From Candidatus Woesearchaeota archaeon (GTDB lineage Archaea > Nanobdellota > Nanobdellia > Woesearchaeales > GW2011-AR4): a DNA stretch of 64,000 nt. The DNA lies in assembly GCA_016192985.1 (NCBI GenBank), contig JACPTC010000017.1, positions 65,766 to 129,765 of the forward strand. Direction: 5' to 3'. A program made the position numbers and the translations under genes. Positions within the stretch are counted from its first letter, which is position 1, and each line of letters starts with the position of its first letter. Below the pieces are notes generated by a model, which worked only from the letters and a program-made list of their open reading frames with translations, was not told the DNA's origin and made no database searches. Shown piece by piece: positions 60,537 to 64,000 of this stretch.

Positions 60537-62300
60537 ATGCTGCGCCAATTAATAATAACAGTAATGGGAAATGTTGATAGCGGCAAAACTCAACTGCTTG
60601 ACACAATTAGAGACACCTCTATTGTCGAGTCAGAGCCCGGCAGAATAACCCAGTGCATTGGATGCTCATTTATAACTGCGGATGTAATAAAAAAAATTTG
60701 CGGCAATCTGCTTCAAAAAACAAAGCTAGAGATAAAAATTCCTGGCTTTATTATATTGGACACGCCTGGCCATGCTGCTTTCACAAATCTCAGAAAAAGG
60801 GGCGGCAATCTTGCTGATATTGCAATTTTAGTGATTGATATTAATGAAGGTGTTAAGCTGCAGACGGAAGAGTGTATAGATATACTAAGGCAGTATAAAA
60901 CCCCTTTTGTCATTGCACTAAACAAAATTGATTTGCTGCCCGGATGGGTGTCAAAGTCTGGTGTTAATTTGCTGGACAACATTCAATCCCAGAGAGAGAA
61001 TGTTCTGATTTTTGTTGAAAAAAAACTTTATGAGGTTGTCGGCAGGATTAGCCAGTTTGGCTTTAATGCAGAAAGGTTTGACAGGATTGAGGATTATGCA
61101 AAACAAATTCCAATAATACCAATATCTGCAAAAACCACTGAAGGCTTGCCGGAGATTTTAATGGTATTGGCAGGTTTGTCGCAAAAATTTTTGGAAGAAA
61201 GCTTAAGAGTTGATGTTAAAGGCAGTGCAAAAGGAACAATACTTGATGTCAAAGAAGAAAGAGGCCTAGGAACAACAGTTGATGCCATAATCTATGATGG
61301 CTCCTTAATGCAGAATGATATGATTGTTATAGGCTCATTAAAAGAGCCAATCGTGACAAAAATCAAAGCTTTGTTTGAGCCTTTGCCGCTTGCAGAAATG
61401 CGTGATAAAAAGGCAAAGTTCAAGCCAGTAAAAGAGGTAACTGCAGCAACCGGCGTTAAAATTGCCGCTCCTGAGCTGGATAATGTTGTCGCAGGAATGC
61501 CATTGAGGAGCTGCCTGCCAAATGAGACTGAAAAGGTAAAGGAAGAAATACAAAAGGAAGTGGAGGAAGTTATAATAGAAACTGACAAGCAGGGAATTGT
61601 AATAAAGGCAGATTCGCTTGGCAGTTTGGAAGCGCTTGTTAAAATATTAAAAGAGAAGAATATTGAAATAAAAAAAGCCAGCATTGGCAATATTTCAAAA
61701 AAGGACCTTTCAGATGCAGAAACCAATTATGAAAAGTATCCGCTCCAGAGTTCAGTTCTTGGATTTAATGTAGGAATAATGCCGGAAGTTAGGGTTCCGT
61801 CTAATGTCAAAGTATTGACTAATGAGGTCATCTACAAACTCATAGAAGATTTTGAAAAATGGCAACAGGAAGAAAGGAAGATAATTGAGTCTAAAGAGAT
61901 AGAATTTTTAAACATGCCCTGCAAAATTCAGATAATGAAAGGTTATGTCTTTAGGCAGAGCAATCCCGCTATTGTTGGAGTAGAGGTGCTTACAGGTACT
62001 CTAAAAACAGGAGTTCCGCTAATGAAGAAAGACGGGGCAGCAATAACTGAGGTAAAAAGCATTCAGCAGGAGCAGGAAAATCTTGAGAAAGCTGAAAAAG
62101 GCAAACAAGTCGCTGTTTCATTGAGCAATGTCACAATAGGCAGGCAATTGCAGGAAGAGGATGTGCTATATTCAGCAATTCCAGAAGAGCATTTCAGGAA
62201 ATTCAAGGAGCTCAAGAAGCTTTTGAGCAATGATGAAATAGAAGTGCTCAAGGAAATAGCTGAGATAATGAGGAAAAGCAATCCAATGTGGGGAATTTGA
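60537..62300 (+). CDS. infB: Translation initiation factor aIF5B (IF-2)
   Basis: DTPGHAAFTNLRKRGG, NKID, KADSLGSLEAL, VFRQSNPAIVG; GGGGTGA RBS. Confidence 0.95.
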   Translation: MLRQLIITVMGNVDSGKTQLLDTIRDTSIVESEPGRITQCIGCSFITADVIKKICGNLLQKTKLEIKIPGFIILDTPGHAAFTNLRKRGGNLADIAILVIDINEGVKLQTEECIDILRQYKTPFVIALNKIDLLPGWVSKSGVNLLDNIQSQRENVLIFVEKKLYEVVGRISQFGFNAERFDRIEDYAKQIPIIPISAKTTEGLPEILMVLAGLSQKFLEESLRVDVKGSAKGTILDVKEERGLGTTVDAIIYDGSLMQNDMIVIGSLKEPIVTKIKALFEPLPLAEMRDKKAKFKPVKEVTAATGVKIAAPELDNVVAGMPLRSCLPNETEKVKEEIQKEVEEVIIETDKQGIVIKADSLGSLEALVKILKEKNIEIKKASIGNISKKDLSDAETNYEKYPLQSSVLGFNVGIMPEVRVPSNVKVLTNEVIYKLIEDFEKWQQEERKIIESKEIEFLNMPCKIQIMKGYVFRQSNPAIVGVEVLTGTLKTGVPLMKKDGAAITEVKSIQQEQENLEKAEKGKQVAVSLSNVTIGRQLQEEDVLYSAIPEEHFRKFKELKKLLSNDEIEVLKEIAEIMRKSNPMWGI

Positions 62301-62317
62301 GTTTAATACAAATTAAA

Positions 62318-62770
62318 ATGCCAGAGCTAAAAATCCTCAACAGCAAGGAAATAAAGGAAATTCTCATGCTTATAGAAAGCCAATGGGGAGCTAAAATAAA
62401 ATTGGATTATGGTTTTTTAAAAAGCAGCAAAAACAGAGTCTTTGTGGTTAGCAAAAGCATTTCAGAAATTGACGTTTCAAAACTAAGGATTAATTCTGTG
62501 GGGATGTATTTTTGCGAAATTGACGGCAAAGGCATAAGGCTAAGCATTGAAGGCAGCCAGATTATAGGCCCAAAAGCAGCTAAAAACATTGCTGAGATTA
62601 ATGAAGAGGAAACAAAAAGATGGTTCAAGGGAGAGGATTTGGAAACTAAAGGAAATTATTCGGGATTTTTAATAATAAAAAATAAAAATGATTTTCTTGG
62701 AAGCGGAAAATACGCAAATGGAAGAATTTTGAATTATGTGGGGAAGACGAGAAGGGTTAATTTTATTTAA
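62318..62770 (+). CDS. NIP7/RsmF C-terminal-like (PUA-related) protein
   Basis: RLSIEGSQIIG..A.KN, W.KGEDL, DFLGSGK. Confidence 0.7.
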   Translation: MPELKILNSKEIKEILMLIESQWGAKIKLDYGFLKSSKNRVFVVSKSISEIDVSKLRINSVGMYFCEIDGKGIRLSIEGSQIIGPKAAKNIAEINEEETKRWFKGEDLETKGNYSGFLIIKNKNDFLGSGKYANGRILNYVGKTRRVNFI

Positions 62771-62794
62771 TATTTCTTGATTTAAATGCCGATA

Positions 62795-63943
62795 TTATAG
62801 TTGAGTTATAATTATAGGTTTTATGTCCCTTCCAAAAATTTGTTCGAGAATCTTAGCATAATGACTACGGAGTCCTCTTACATATTTACGTACCGTACTT
62901 CGTCTTTTATCATAATCGAGGTGACTTGTTCTACCTTCTACAAACTCATTTTCAAAATAAGTGCTCTTATCAACAATCTGTATTCCTCTTACAGAAGGCT
63001 CAAAACGACCTGCATTAGCGCCAGTAGGATGAGCTAAAACGACAACCTTCAGAGCCTTAAACCCGCTGGGTTTTGGTTTCTCATAAAAGTTTGTGGTATG
63101 GATATGTTCAACGTCAAAATTACCTATTCTCGGAGCGCTTCGTAAAAAGCTTTCGAATTCAAATACTTCATCTAAAGTACCAACGACTGGTCTATGTGCT
63201 ACCCAATCACTAATAGGTTGTTCAGTTCCTTCACCATTTTCTTGTATGCTGCCATAAGGTAAACTTGCCAACTTTAATAACTTACTCGCCAACGATGCTT
63301 TTTGTCTGTAGCTGGTATGAACAGGTGCATACTCCATATATTCCCCTATAGAAGGTGTACGAACTGGAGTCAGTACTATATAACCAGGTGTAGGAGAGAT
63401 AAATGGTACTAATTTTGTCATATCCAATTCACCATCTTTCATAAAACCTTTTTGTTCTAGTTCTCCCGCTTTAAAGTAAAAAAATCTTGAAGCAGCAATT
63501 GCAAAAGAACTAAATCCATTTGTTGCTGTTCCAACTCTATCTAAGAATTCTGTGGTTTGTTCTACTGTTACGCGCTCATCAATAGTTGTACTTCCGCTAT
63601 TTTTGAACAAAAGATAAGGGTTAAATCCAAAGTCTATTGGAATTATACTTTTAACTGGTTCAGAACCATGAAACATACCCTCAACCAGCATTACAACTCT
63701 TGCATCGCTACCGTATAAATGCCTGCTCAGATCTTGTGTAAATGGATATGTAGACGCATCTAAATCCCTAGCTTTAGTTTGGAATTCACTTTTCGCTTTA
63801 CTAACTAAACCCTCACCAAATCTTCTTTTTTCGCCAGCTAAAAATCCTTGCCGTGTATTAGCTATAATTTGATGAATAGCTGAGTCGGGTGAAACATAAT
63901 GACTCAATAAATGAGGTTCACCATTATGGTAATTTTTGCCCAT
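62795..63943 (-). CDS. Hypothetical protein with a divergent RelA/SpoT-like synthetase domain
   Basis: YRQK..LASKL, ISDWVAHRPVV, NFYEKPKPSGFKALKVVV, GIQIVD, SHLDY in RSH motif order. Confidence 0.55.
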   Translation of the reverse strand: MGKNYHNGEPHLLSHYVSPDSAIHQIIANTRQGFLAGEKRRFGEGLVSKAKSEFQTKARDLDASTYPFTQDLSRHLYGSDARVVMLVEGMFHGSEPVKSIIPIDFGFNPYLLFKNSGSTTIDERVTVEQTTEFLDRVGTATNGFSSFAIAASRFFYFKAGELEQKGFMKDGELDMTKLVPFISPTPGYIVLTPVRTPSIGEYMEYAPVHTSYRQKASLASKLLKLASLPYGSIQENGEGTEQPISDWVAHRPVVGTLDEVFEFESFLRSAPRIGNFDVEHIHTTNFYEKPKPSGFKALKVVVLAHPTGANAGRFEPSVRGIQIVDKSTYFENEFVEGRTSHLDYDKRRSTVRKYVRGLRSHYAKILEQIFGRDIKPIIITQL

Positions 63944-64000
63944 TCTTGTATACTTCCAAATAACTAATACTTAAATCTTTCTATAATTTTCTACTTAAAA

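Noticed and set aside
1..64000. CRISPR arrays, IS elements, rRNA, prophage and the many antisense shadow ORFs
   Set aside because: No repeat-spacer periodicity, transposase, rRNA or viral hallmark seen; the shadow ORFs overlap well-supported genes.

Overview
64 kb of an AT-rich archaeal chromosome. The gene set (rpoE1, spt4, S24e, S27ae, uL1/P0/P1, aEF1-beta, aIF5B, Trm1, NAC, Sec61beta) and its compact layout suggest a DPANN lineage such as Woesearchaeota (inference). Bases 1-39.5 kb are a large surface-glycan locus: nucleotide-sugar enzymes, glycosyltransferases, a flippase, three large GT-C-like membrane proteins and tailoring enzymes, two of which carry LAGLIDADG inteins. The rest is housekeeping genes, SRP RNA, tRNA-His, RNase P RNA, a 1000-aa Cys-rich secreted protein, a free-standing LAGLIDADG endonuclease and a divergent RelA/SpoT-like ORF. 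The main finding is four predicted bulge-helix-bulge (BHB) introns in three RNA classes. A 23-nt intron splits SRP RNA helix 8, a 17-nt intron frameshifts the gmd mRNA, and tRNA-His carries 111- and 131-nt introns. In each case, cutting by BHB geometry restores the canonical sequence exactly. All calls are by eye, without database searches or folding programs.
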